Source of the DNA: the human T2T-CHM13v2.0 reference genome, Homo sapiens
Assembly: GCF_009914755.1 (NCBI RefSeq)
Contig: NC_060926.1
Length of the DNA stretch: 64,000 bases
Direction: 5' to 3' (one strand)
Part shown: piece by piece, positions 1 through 13,039 of the stretch
Position numbering within the stretch: position 1 is the first letter of the stretch
Layout: every line of letters begins with the position of its first letter
Notes under the pieces: generated by a model
Database searches by the model: none
Told to the model about the DNA's origin: nothing
The model's input: only the letters and a program-made list of their open reading frames with translations
Position numbers and translations under genes: made by a program

Positions 1-876
1 GCAAACTTTTGCCTGGATATCCAGGTGTTTCCATACAACCTCTGAAATCTAGGCAGAGGTTCCCAAACCTCAATTCTTGACTTCTGTGCACCTGAAGGCT
101 CAACACCACGTCAAAGCGGCCAAGGTTTGGGGTTTGCACCTCTGAAGCCACAACCTGAGCTGTACCTTGGCCCACTTTAGCCATGGCTGGAGCATCTGAG
201 ACACAGAACACCAAGTCCTGAGGCTACACACAGCAGGAGGTCCCAGGGCTCGGCCCACAAAACCATTTTTTCCTCCTAGGCCTCCTGGTCTGCAATGGGC
301 AGGGCTGCTGTGAAGGTCTTTGACATGCCCTGGAAACATTTTCCTCATTGTGTTGGTGATTAACATTTAGCTTGTTATTTATGCACATTTCTGCAGCAGG
401 CTTGAATTTATTCCCAGAAAATGGGTTTTTCTTTTCTATTGCATCATCAGGCTGCAAATTTTCCTAGCTTTTATGCTCTGCTTCCTCTTGAATTTTTTGC
501 TGGTTAGAAATTTCTCTGCCAGATACCCTAGATCATCTCTCTCAAGTTCAAATTTCCACAGATCTCTAGGGCAGTGGCGAAATGCTTCCAGTCTCTTTGC
601 TAAAGCACAACAAGAGTGACCTTTAATCCAGTTCCCAACAAGTTCCTTATTTCCATCCGAGACCACCTCAGCCTGGACTTTATTGTCCATATCACTATCA
701 GCATTTAGGTCAAAGTTATTCAACAAGTCTCTAAGAATTTCCAAACTTTCCCACATCTTCCTGTCTTCTTCTGAGCCCTCCAAACTGTTCCAACCTCTGC
801 CTGTTACCAAGTTCCAAAATCGCTTCTACATTTCAGGTATTCTTATAGCAGGACCTCACTTCTGGTATCAATATAC
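1..876 (-). mobile_element. THE1/MST (MaLR) internal region, 5' part; continues beyond the window start
   Basis: Minus-strand ORF remnants 436-810 (GRGWNSLEGSEEDRKMWESLE...DNKVQAEVVSDG) and 224-457 match the degenerate MaLR-int ORF; directly abuts the LTR at 877. Confidence 0.9.
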
Positions 877-1092
877 TGTATTAGTCTATTCTCATGCTGT
901 GAATAAAGACATACCTGAGACTGAGTAATTTATAAAGGAAAGAGTTTTAATTCAATCACAGTTATGAGGGCTGGGGAGGGGCCTTGGGAAACATATAATC
1001 ATGGTGGAAGGGGAAGCAAACACATCTTTCTTCACATGGTGACAGCAAGAAGTGCAGAGTGAAGGGAGGGACAACCCCTGATAAAACCATCA
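877..1092 (-). mobile_element. THE1C/D-like 5' LTR, truncated
   Basis: tgtattagtctattctcatgctg...aataaagacatacctgagactg is the reverse complement of the THE1 LTR end; similarity stops after ataaaaccatca. Confidence 0.88.
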
Positions 1093-1379
1093 ACCTTAAC
1101 TATGTCTCATGTTTTCTCTTATAGAAATTTGTCTTTATCCAGAATAAACTTTGAGTCTTTTGCTAAGATACAAGTGGAATTATCACACCCTACCTATATA
1201 GAGTGGAAACAAAGATGAGAATTTAACTTTTTTTTTTGAACAAACATTCTACAAATTCTCCTTATTTTAACCACTCTTTGTATCTTCATTTTCAAAGGAA
1301 ACTGGTGCTATTAATTTCTGAGTCTTCAGGAAATTCTCTGTACATTATGTTGCTTCTTAGCATGACATAGCAATAGCCA

Positions 1380-1830
1380 GGGGCCAGCATGGCCTCACTC
1401 GAAGGCGGGAAAAGAGAGAAAGAGCTGAGATCAGAGAGGCAGTCAGGAGCAGACAAGGCAGGGTGTAGGCCAGTGTTTGACTTGGACTTCTAATGTGCCC
1501 GTGGTGGAGAGACATTGAGTGGTGATGCAGAAAAGAAATGTGATCTGGTCCTGTAAAGAATGATTCAACCTGCCCAGTAGAGAATATCTGGCACGGGGGA
1601 AAAACATAAGCAGTGGAACTGATGGGGAAGTGTTGCAGTGGTCTTGATGACAGGAGGGCCTGGCTTGGACTAGGGCGTAGAGTGGAAGAAATGAAGATTT
1701 TTTGAATAGCGAGTATTTTGAGTCAGAGTCTCAGGGATCTGATGACGTGGAGTTCAGAGAGAGACATCAAAATAACTGACTCCCAGGTAGATGACCTGAC
1801 CAAAGGGTGAGTGGCATCCCCACACTCCGG
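1380..1830 (-). mobile_element. L2 fragment
   Basis: Purine-rich L2 antisense motifs (gttgcagtggtc..., ggcttggactaggg, gactcccaggt). Confidence 0.6.
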
Positions 1831-2559
1831 GCCGCCCAGGAAGAGCAGTTCGGGGCCTTGAAAAAGGTGATAATCATGAAATTACCTCAAATTGCATTGG
1901 AGATATTTCAAGTTAGCCAGATAAATATATACTGCATGGGAGTGTCTTCAAAATCAATTTTCCTGGAGTTAGAAAAATAGATGGGTTAGGTACAAGCTAA
2001 TTCGCTGATAGATGAACAGTTTCTGATTACGTGTGTACATCATGCATAGCATGCTGCCGAAAGCTGATAAGCTTCAGTGAAATATGAGAAATGCTGTCTT
2101 ATCTTGTAGTTCATAACCTGATAGAGGGAAGAGTAACACTCTGTTCTGAAATTGCTTTTAGATCTATATATTCAAACACATGGCCGTTTCATCAGTTCAA
2201 AAAGTAAAATGTTTTTCAAATGAATTTTTAAAATGGAGAATTTGATTTTGGTCTCTGGAAACATTTTAGCTTAATACTGTATAGTTGAGCTTTGAGAACA
2301 CTTTTAAGTCATTTTGAATAAAAATCTATGTTTAATAATTTCTCTGTACAGATAAATGCATTTTGCATATGTGCTTCACAAATTGGGAATGGGAGACTAT
2401 AAATCATTACAAGGAAGGAGAAATAATTTTTTCAATAAACACTTGTTTATTTGGGCAGGGATGTTTTCCCCTTAGATCCTTGAAAGCAGCAGAAGAGTCT
2501 TAGTAAGTAGTGGAATAAAGTCTTTGTAGTGATTTTGGTGAAGATGAGCAGCACGAATC

Positions 2560-3790
2560 CATGTTTATAAGGTTTAAATACAACCCAAACTACATAGTGT
2601 TTTGAGATGCATATAATGGTGATGAAAATATTTAGGAAAATAAGCAAGTACAAGATAAACCTCAAAGTCAGGCTAATTGTTGCCGTAGTGATGGGAAGCA
2701 GAGGAATGCAGTAGGGAAATAACTGAGAGAAAGGGCGGCTTGGGATGATTCTGTTCTGTTTCTTCAGGCATGTGATGGTTTCGCTAATGGTCATTTATTG
2801 TTTTGTTTCATAACTTAAGTATAAATTACACGTAAACTCCTGTGGACATAAACATATAATCCCATTTAAAAAGGAGCACACTAAGACCACAATGATACTA
2901 ACATTGAGGAAAAGCACATCCAGATCTGCGCATCTTTCAAGGAGGTGCACATGACAGAGGATGTGTGTCACATACACCAGAGTGATAATGAAACTTTAAT
3001 TAAACATATGATTAACTTTGACCTGAAATAGTAGGTGCCTCTGCTAAAATCACACACAGAAAAATGATACTTGGTGTGATTTATTGTTTACATTGTACAA
3101 GTGCCCTAAAAATCAACAAAAAGTTTAAAATAAAATGAGGTATAAGTTTTGGAGAAGAGGAAGCAAAATTACTATTATGTGTAGTCAATACGATTATTAC
3201 ATAAAAAAATCAAGAAAAGTGACAAATTATATTTGGGCTAAAAAGATAATAAAGTGGTTTATTACAAAATAAACACAGATAAATTATTAACTTTTCCATA
3301 TAGTCATGGAGTAATAGCATTTAATGGTATAAATAAAGTACACATCACAACAGAAGCAAAATATAAAATTCTATAAATATAAAAACCTCTGTTTTTGAGA
3401 AAAAGGAAATAAAATGTGAGATCTTGAAGAAGATAGTTACCTTTTTCCTGTATGAGAAAAGTAACATTTTATATTAATATTCTCCAAATAATTCTAAAAC
3501 GTTAATGCCATTCATATAAATCTAAATGATATGTTGAGCCTGAAAAAATAATTTCAATTTGTGTGGAAGAAAACTTCATCATTATGGCCAATGTTTTGTG
3601 AAAGAAAAGCTATATATGCCATGTGCTACTTGATATTATAGCATATTATAAAGACACAAAAATTAAAACAATCTTTATTAGCAGCAAATTGACTATGAAT
3701 GGAAATACTAGAAAACTCAGAAAAGCCCCCAATATAATAATTTATAACATGACAAAGGTAGTATTTGAAAGAAATGGGAGAGAGAATGCT
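2560..3790 (+). mobile_element. Old L1M (L1ME-like) 3'UTR and ORF2 fragments
   Basis: A-rich degenerate ORF2-like stretches (aagaggaagcaaaattac..., ctacttgatattatagcatattataaag) and a 3'UTR-like segment at 2640-2800. Confidence 0.55.
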
Positions 3791-3835
3791 TTATTATGAC
3801 TGTGACAATGGTGATGACAATGACAATGATGATGC

Positions 3836-4918
3836 TGTAACATGGTACCGGGCTGGTGTCATCTTCTCACATCTTCCCACCTGCCCCATATAGGTGGCCT
3901 CCTGCCTCATTTTAGGATGTAGAGGTGTATGCATCCATTGTATGGTTTCTAGTGTTGAGGCCTCAATTGAAACAGAGGTCAAAATAGTACCGATTAGCCA
4001 CGTTTTATAGAAATAGGTGTCACTGGGGCTTTTTGGAGCAGCATCAGATTCAAGAGACCCAGGAGTGCATGAGTGCTGACTGACCATCGCTCCCGTGCAC
4101 AGCCTTAGCAAGCTGGACTGAGTGTGTGGGTCTGCAGCGGTGGTGAGCACGGTGGGGAAAGTGTATTCAGGAGACTGCATGCAGGGCTTTCTGGGCAGCT
4201 GGTTACTGGAATGACAGGGGAAGGATGACCCCTCAGCTCCTCACATTCTAAGGGTGTTGTGGCCGTCATTGGCTCCCATGCTGAAGGTTATTTAGTCACC
4301 ATCCCAAAGCCAAATTCTCGCTTTCCATGGCAGGGGTCATCTCCTCTTCAACCAAGAGAGATCTGTTTATGTTTTAAGTAACACAGAGCCTCTCTCTCTG
4401 TTTTTTTCTTTTCCCTCTCTCTTTCTCATTCTATCTTTCTCTGTCCTGTCTCTCTGTCTTTTCCTTTCTCTTTTTCACTCTCTACCTTTATCTTTATCTG
4501 TCTACATCTGTCTGTCTCTCCCTCTCTTCCTCTTTCTGTCTCTCCCACTCCATCTCTCTGTTTCCGTATCTGTCTGTCTTTCTCTCTCTCACTAGTTGGA
4601 AGGGAGGAGTGGACTTTCCAACTACTGCATAAGCTCCCAGAGTCATAGTTTTGGGGTCCTCTCCCACAGTCCGGATGCCTAGCCTCCTGCCATAAGCAGC
4701 TGACATTTGCCCTCATCATATTGCACCAGGGCAGTTGATGCAAGAGGAGTTGGCAGGGTTATTGCTGTAAGTAATTGCCTAATTTCTGAGTTAGAAATCT
4801 TGAGTTTGCTTTCATGACTAAACAAATAAACATAGATGTTGACAGCTTACCAGGGTGGATTGGAGTGAGGCTGTGGAGATATTCTCCTTCTCTCTAAGTC
4901 CAGCACCATATTTTACCA
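3836..4918 (+). mobile_element. Ancient LTR (possibly LTR78-like)
   Basis: TG...CA-bounded ~1.08-kb GC-richer block, internal TC-rich tract, AATAAA near 4826; no TSD seen; family tentative. Confidence 0.35.
4390..4592. repeat. (TC)/(TCTG)-rich low-complexity tract
   Basis: Direct inspection. Confidence 0.9.
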
Positions 4919-5361
4919 CCTTCCAGATACACAAAGAACAGAAATCCAAAAAAGTAATATCCTTGCTTATAATGCAGACAAATGAAATGGCTTGGCCTCT
5001 TCCCATCTCGGGAAAGTTCTAACCGTGTGACTGCTAAGGGCACAGATGAGGAGGCAGGAGAGTGATCGAAGAGACACACCTACATTAGGGGCCTCATAAC
5101 ATGCAGTGACCAGTTCATTAGTGAAACTTCCTCCAATGAGTTTCCTAGAATTTTACCAATTAGATTAGTATTCATTCTCACTGCAGAGCATGGGATAGAA
5201 TTTTACAGGGAAAAGGTGCTCTCTGTATGAGAAAACCACTCTATTGTAATTCTGTGTAAATATGTGTATAAAACATTTGGAAAGACGTTCCCAACATGAA
5301 AACTCTGATTATCTATGAAAACTACAAATGACTATCACTTTTCTAAAAAAATACATTTTTA

Positions 5362-5657
<296 letters not shown>

Positions 5658-6309
5658 ACATTTTTAATTGTATAAAATATTCATAATTGAAGGTTTAAAG
5701 CTATCTTCATTTTGGGAAAAAAAAAGAGTTTGATTATTTGCTTTTTGTACCTGCATCGAAGTGTTCTCAGAAAATGAGGAGCTGGGAAAGCAGTGGAACG
5801 TGCTCCATAAAGAGGGAGACGCTGCCTGAGACACAGCGTGGGCAGTGCATGTGTGCGCGCGGCAGGGAAGGGAGGGCCATGCACCCTTGACGGGGAGGCT
5901 GGTGACCCCCCAGGAAGGTCCTGGGTTTGAGGCTAATGAACTTTGACTCTGGAGCTAATAGAGATGTCTGCCCAGATAATGACAGGTCAGATTTGCTTTG
6001 AGCTGTCAATTCCACGAGTGTGGATGATGAAGTGTGGTGCAGGGAATTATTGACATGTATCAATGCGAAGACATTTGCTACAAGTGAAGTTTACTTCATG
6101 ACATAAATTTACAAGAGGAAACAGCTTGCTTTTCTAGATTTTCTGTTAAACAACAATCACTAATTATTGAGCTTATTTGAGCTTAGTTTATGAGCTTACG
6201 TAGAAAAAGTCACTTGTACTGTCAAATTGTACTCATGATTTCTACTGTTTATATTTCCAACTGCAAAGCAAATATGTTTTGTTTCTAGTTAGGAATGGTT
6301 GGAATGAAA

Positions 6310-6450
6310 TGAAAAGGCTCCTGACTGGCTGTCAGGAGACCTGGGCTTTGGCTCCTGCCATGACACCCTCCCACTGCCACCAAGTCCCTTGTCTAGCATA
6401 ATTACCTCATTTGCAATATGAAGAGGTTGGATGGATTAACCTCTAAATCT
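6310..6450 (+). mobile_element. MIR/MIR3 fragment
   Basis: gtcaggagacctgggct... and core-like cctcatttgcaatatgaagaggttgga. Confidence 0.65.
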
Positions 6451-7249
6451 ATAGTGTGACCCTCAGTGCATCCTAGATCCTAACTTTATATAACCAAATG
6501 TAAGTGAACATTATAGAAGCTCTCCAAGATCTTGCAAAAAAGGTTAACTAAATGGAGTAATGATTTGACACTTTGGCTGTATATCCTGAGACCTGGCTTA
6601 GTTTGGTTGATTGTCAAAAATCACTAGAAGAGTAATAGAGAACTGGAAATAGAGTAGACGTCAAATCTTTCCATATTTTCATGTCTTCAAAATTGGTCAA
6701 CAGTTGAGAGAAAAGAAAATGAAATGAGGAGGTAAAAAGCAGGAAAGGGAAAAATGTTCCATCCAGTACCAGTAATCATTTGAAGTGTTCTTTTTGATAA
6801 ATATATTTGTTTTAATGTATCTTCCTAGCCAGAAACACTCCAATCAGAAGACTTTTGTGATGCTCAAAGTATAGTAAAATTATACTATTAAAAGCTTGTT
6901 TTTCTTTTGGAAGTATGATTCACCTTATTATATCTTATGGCTATTAGGAAGAAAGAAAGTCTGTCCAAACACAAGAGCAAAACATAGTTTCAGTCATTTT
7001 TTGATAGACATCAGGGAGATCTTATTTCTTTCATTGTAGCCTGGAAAATGGGGTGGAAAAATGCAAAAAACAAAAATCCCCTGATAAGTTAATAAAGCAA
7101 AGACTTTTAATAAGTACATTTGTATTATTTATATTATGCCATTTATATTATAAATATCTAAATTTCTATTAATAAATTAATAAATTGAAGAGTTTCCTAC
7201 AAATACCTAGGATACCTTAACCAGAAATAGCAAAAGCACTTAATGCTCA

Positions 7250-7900
7250 AAGCAGGGAGTGCAATGAAGGCTCTCCACTGAAAACAAAAGGTGGGGGAAA
7301 CAGCAGCTATTGCAGAGGGAGATGCTCAGTGCTGTGTGCGGGGATGGAGCAGGTTCATGGTTGGATTTAACTGAGGTTGAGTCTGAATCACGCAGGCTCT
7401 GTGTAGTGAGGCAGAAGTGAAGGATTGAAGTGTGTTTGCAAAGAAATAATTACTATGAGGGACCGTGGGACATATTTTGGGTATGGAGGAAAGTGGGAAC
7501 ATAGGGACATGTAATATAGTGATGAATTGATAAAATCAGTGCAATGAGGATTTGAGTGAGATTTAAAAAATGGTAGAGCAGGCAGAGGACAGCAGGTAAG
7601 CTGTAAGGAAAGGAGGTGCCAGGACAGGAGAGGGTGTCTGGATTGCAGATGATCCGAACATTTACAATGATGTGGTCACATGTGTGGTCACAAGGGTTGG
7701 GGGTTGAGGAAGGAAATATTCAGAAGAAGAAGAGAGAGCGAAGACTTGGGAAACATAAACACTGAGGGCACATCTCATAGAAAAAATGGAAAAGAATAAC
7801 CAAAAAGAAGAGAAATTTGATCAACAGGTTCAAATGCTGCTAAGAAGAGGAGCAGATGAGTACCTATGTTGTCTGTTGGATTCCATCTTTGTAAGAGAAG
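7250..7900 (-). mobile_element. L2 fragments
   Basis: tcaaatgctgctaagaagaggagcagatgagtacc...ttggatt is a typical L2 antisense motif. Confidence 0.55.
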
Positions 7901-8614
7901 TCTCCCAAGTGGGTGAGAAGCTAATGTTACTATAGCTGATGCTGCTCAATCTTTCATCAAAACATCCTTCATGTCAGAGGGGAGCAAATGCTTCCAACTG
8001 GGCAGGGTTGGAGGGTGGTGTCGGGGCCTCTAGAAGTGTTTAAGAGTCTGACATTTATTTAAAGTTTTGTACTTGATTTTTAAAATCATTTTAAATTTTG
8101 GATCCTATTCCATAAAAGATCTATAGAAAATAATATTTCACAATAGTAACAATCAGAAAAAAGACTGGAAAAATGGTTTATCTTTCTGGTTTGAAAGGGA
8201 TGAGTGTCATACATTTAATTTACCTTTTCAGGAATAAATTCATGAAAAGTACCACGAGTTGAGTTCAATGAGCAATAATTTTCCTCTCAATTTGTCCCAA
8301 TATTTCAAGACTTGAGCCTCTCATGAATATGAAATCTATATTTTATATAGCTAGTACCATTTTGTTGACTCTTTTTTTGAAATACATTCTAGGACAGAAA
8401 GATCAGAATGTTGCCCAGAATTAGAAATTTGTTTTCTCTTTGGACTTGCGTATTTTAGGGCACTTTTTCAGAGCAATAAAATGTATGGAAAGAGCAATCA
8501 ATCAGAACATTTAAACACTTTCTATGCCCTATCAGTATAATAACCAAATAATAGCTAGTTATGCACTTTGCCTCCTGCCTCTGGGTGAGTGTGAGAATCT
8601 TCAGTCATTTACAG

Positions 8615-8697
8615 GGTCTTGAGCCCCAGGGTATGCAGTTTCTGTGGGAATTTGGAGACTTTGACGAGGTTTTGCTCGCTGGAAGGATCTGCTAAGT
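8615..8697 (+). other. Candidate internal exon (83 nt), probably non-coding or UTR
   Basis: Acceptor tcttcagtcatttacag| and donor |gtaagt at 8698; unique sequence. Confidence 0.3.
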
Positions 8698-9261
8698 GTA
8701 AGTCCTTTCTATGGAACGGGTATTCTGAAATCTTTAATTCCATTGCTGAAATCATGAGCATATGATAATATCTAATCATAACATTTGCCATATTTGGAGT
8801 AGAAAAGTACAAGTTTCTTCCTAATCTATCTGGAGGAATATACAGTACATATCCACCAAAAGTAATGAAACCAGGATTTTAAGTCAAAGAGGATTTAAGT
8901 CTGAGTTTGCAAACAGCATTATTTCTCCTCATTCTCTGCATATATGCAGTTTATCTTATTGGAAGAGGCACAAGGAGCTTCGTATAACCTGTTTTTTTCT
9001 TGCAGGGAGGACATAGCTTATGGTTTGTCAGTGGTATCCTTTGATAATGCTTCTGAAGGTCTCCCAGGCCAACACCTTTTCAAGTTGGTGGAACTTCTGT
9101 AGAAATGTCGCTGAGGAGGTCGGAATAATGTGATACAGCATCTGGGAAGTTCGTCTGTTTCCTCATCAGCTCTTTGACTCTTTCTTAGAAAGGTTCATCA
9201 AAGACTGTTTTTTTTTTTTTTTTTTTTCCTAGAAAACATGATTCCTTATATTTCTCTGTAG

Positions 9262-9356
9262 TAAATAAGAGTCTCCTTTTAGGTTCCTTTATTAAATAAG
9301 AGTCTCCTTTTAGATTCCTTTTCTGGTTCCTTTTCTAGTCTGATTCCTTTCCTAGT
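9262..9356. repeat. 31-nt-period tandem duplication decaying into ttccttttct(a/g)g repeats
   Basis: taaataagagtctccttttag(g/a)ttccttt at 9262-9290 and 9293-9321. Confidence 0.85.
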
Positions 9357-9419
9357 CTCGTTTGCTGGTTCCACGAAGGAACTCTTTTCAAGGAAAACAG
9401 TGCCTAAGACCAGGGGTTA

Positions 9420-9600
9420 GGAATAATAGAAAAACAGCTGGATTCCTGACTGGCCATGTGACCACCTTTCACTGAAGTTTCCTGATCTAGAGATAATAAA
9501 AGTCACATCTTATAATGTTACAAGAACTAAATGATGCATACAGAGTGCTTAACATAGTTTCTGGCTTCTGTTAAGAAGTCTTAAGAAATACGAATTAGTA
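9420..9600 (+). mobile_element. MIR (host of the U2 retrocopy)
   Basis: 3' MIR motifs: gaactaaatgatgcatacagagtgcttaacatagtttctggc. Confidence 0.65.
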
Positions 9601-9635
9601 ATTGCTTCTCGGCCTTTTGGCTAAGATCAAGTGTA
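9601..9635 (+). pseudogene. 3'-truncated U2 snRNA retropseudogene (nt 1-35)
   Basis: attgcttctcggccttttggctaagatcaagtgta = U2 5' end with one CpG-type change; flanked by TSD aagaaata(c/t)gaattagta (9583-9600; 9635-9652). Confidence 0.95.
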
Positions 9636-10062
9636 AGAAATATGAATTAGTAGTTGTAGCTTCAGCAGCAGTAATAATAGTATTATAGTCTCAAATTTTG
9701 TTTTTATAGCAGTTATGTTGTGTGTACATTTAAAATACATTGGGAGTATTGCTTTGGATTTACTAATTCAGGGGAGCCAGCCTTTAAAAAAAATAGCTAA
9801 ATAAATTAATGTACTGGAAGACACTTCACAGTTAGGATGAATTTATCCTTCTCCTTGTCCAGGTTGTATTGGTGTCTATCAGGATGCCTTTTTTGTTTCA
9901 TGGGAAAACAATTAACTCGGAGTCTGAGAACTACAACCACTGTCTTCAAGGGCATGCAAAGAAGGAACCATTCAAAATCCACGTTGACTTCCCTGCAATG
10001 TGTTTTAAACGTAGTATTTGAACCACCATCTCTTTTTGTTGTTGTTCTTTTACTTTGTTCAG

Positions 10063-10088
10063 GTTTACCATTTTTAACACTTCAGAAG
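10063..10088 (+). other. Candidate 26-nt micro-exon
   Basis: Long pyrimidine tract ending ttttactttgttcag| and strong donor AAG|gtaagg at 10089. Confidence 0.35.
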
Positions 10089-10356
10089 GTAAGGGCCGCG
10101 CACTTTAAATTGAAGAGATCTTTTGAAAAGGTAGTGCTTGGTGCAGTATTCGACAGCACAGTGACCTCTGTCTGGGTTAACCGCCCCTACAGTCTTACCC
10201 ATCACAGGCTTGACCTGATCAATATTGTCTCTTAAAATAATATGTTTTTTTCCAATTATTTGATCATCAAGCCGCTTGTTAATGACTCTGTTTTTACAGG
10301 AATCTTTATCACACGTAGCAAAATGGGCAACATTGCAGATCTGTGCAGACCGTAGC

Positions 10357-11099
<743 letters not shown>

Positions 11100-12606
11100 G
11101 TAAGTAAACAATGAAATCCAGTCTTTATATCCATTTTACAAGGGTGTCTTTCAGGAATATTATAACTTCTTCATGTGTGGCTATGTCCGCAAGGCAAGGA
11201 TTTATCAAATTCTTTTTTATCATATAAAATTTCTCTTCCAAAGAAATTCTGAGACTGATTTGAAGAAATCTTGATTTTTGTTTGTTTGAATTTGTTGATT
11301 TCCTTTAAAGTATTTACAGTTCTTTTCCACATACTGTAAGAATAGAAGTTCATGAAATAACATTGCTTATGCACTTCTCACCTGAGAGACAACAGGTTTA
11401 GTCTGGTTTCCACTGACCTAACAATAGGCTCTGCATTTTAAATAGCCACAGACATTAAGTCTACAGTGTTAATCAACTTCCTACCATCAACTCCAGTGCA
11501 TCTTTTGTTACCAAACTCTTTGTGGGCAGCCTCAAATAGGAGGCCACGCTTGTCACCATGCTGGGGGATTCCAGTGCCATTTGGATTTCCCTTGCAATTT
11601 TATGTATTTTCCATAGTTTAAATGAAGATCTTTCCAAACTCAGTACCATGAATAGGATGAATTACATCCTGTCTTTGTAAGAGTGGGCAGATCTCCCCTT
11701 CATGCATGTCAGCAGTATCTGGAATAGAGCTGGACTGTGGAAGACATGCACATAGCAAACTGGGTTTTGGATAGAGAATGCTAAGAGACACAGCTGGAAA
11801 GCCCAGGAGGGCTTGGGAAGACTCAGAAGGAAGTTGAGAGGAAAGAGCAAAACAAATTTCAGTTCTCTCACAAATTTCCTGTGGTCACTTGGAAATGCAC
11901 ATAATGTATTAAAACATTCAAATCACTTTTTGTCAGAGAAGAGATGCTATTCAGCACTACTGATATTTGGTTGAATTTTCTGGATGGGAATATCTTACAG
12001 ATCTTTTTGGATATAGGAGCATCGCTTTTGATCTGGAACAAGGTGAATTTACTTTTGTAGTTACTATGGCAAAATAAAATAAAAAGGGGTGAAGTTGACG
12101 CTAAAATTGATGCCCATATTCAAGCTAAGATTTGAATAAGTGATTTAAGCATTTTCAGTGAAACTAGACTTCTCTCCCCTAAAAAGAATTAAAAATATAA
12201 GGAAAATTAAAAACAAAACTGGTAGGTTAAATGATATTTGATTTCTAAAAAATTTAATAGAACATATTTCTGGATATTTTTGGGGAAAGGAAGAGAACAT
12301 GGTTTTAATAGACTTAGACAAAATGAACTGCTATTAAGGTTATGGCCAGAGAATTTCTAATAGACACAGAAGACTCATTTCTCTGTTTCAGTCCTTGTCT
12401 AGTCAGGAGGTAGCACCACATCATCATTAAAAAAGATACTTTAGTATAAAGGCTTGTTAGGTAGATTGAAATAACTAATGGATAACTGGAAGGCACAAAG
12501 AAAACACTAAAATATCGTGGAAGTATTAAATACAGAGAGCAGATACTCCCTCAACATGTTTAGGAAATGAAGGGAAGAGGTTGGAACTATTAAAATTTAG
12601 AAGATG

Positions 12607-12795
12607 TCTCCCTGACACAGAAATATTCCAAGCCTGTGATAAGCCCTCTCGCCCTGAACCCTTAAATATTCTTAGTCTGTAAAAGAGAATGCTCCTGGCC
12701 AAAATTGACCAGAAGCCCCTCTCAGGTTTATTCTCCAAAATAAACCTGTCTTTGACTGTTGAAAAATAAATAAATAAATAAATTAATTAATTAAT
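12607..12795 (+). pseudogene. L1-retroposed fragment of an ERV1 LTR transcript (MER41-like U3/R) with A-rich tail
   Basis: LTR-like sequence ends 17 nt after AATAAA (12739-12744), then an (AAAT)n tail; 15-nt TSD aaaatttaga(a/g)gatg at 12592-12606 and 12796-12810. Confidence 0.8.
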
Positions 12796-13039
12796 AAAAT
12801 TTAGAGGATGAAGAAGGTTGCTTGCAGAAATGAAACTCAACAGAAAGAGAGACAGAGACTTATCAGACTTATTGGATTGAAGAAGAGGTCCTATGGGACT
12901 AGGACCCTAGACTTCTCAAGATAGGGCACTGGTTAGCTGGTACTGGTCTCCCTAAGGGCTATGATGAGGTTGATTCTGTACCTATGGAAACATTGCAAAC
13001 TGATTCAACTTTTGCTTCAGGATACATCTGCCACTGCTG

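Noticed and set aside
436-810. 124-aa ORF
   Set aside because: Degenerate MaLR internal ORF remnant, not a host gene.
4426-4743. Arg/Glu-rich ORFs
   Set aside because: Translation of the (GA)n low-complexity tract.
9262-9356. CRISPR-like repeat-spacer pattern (also 31876-31978 and 48798-48835)
   Set aside because: Only two copies each, no spacer series, eukaryotic context: simple local duplications.
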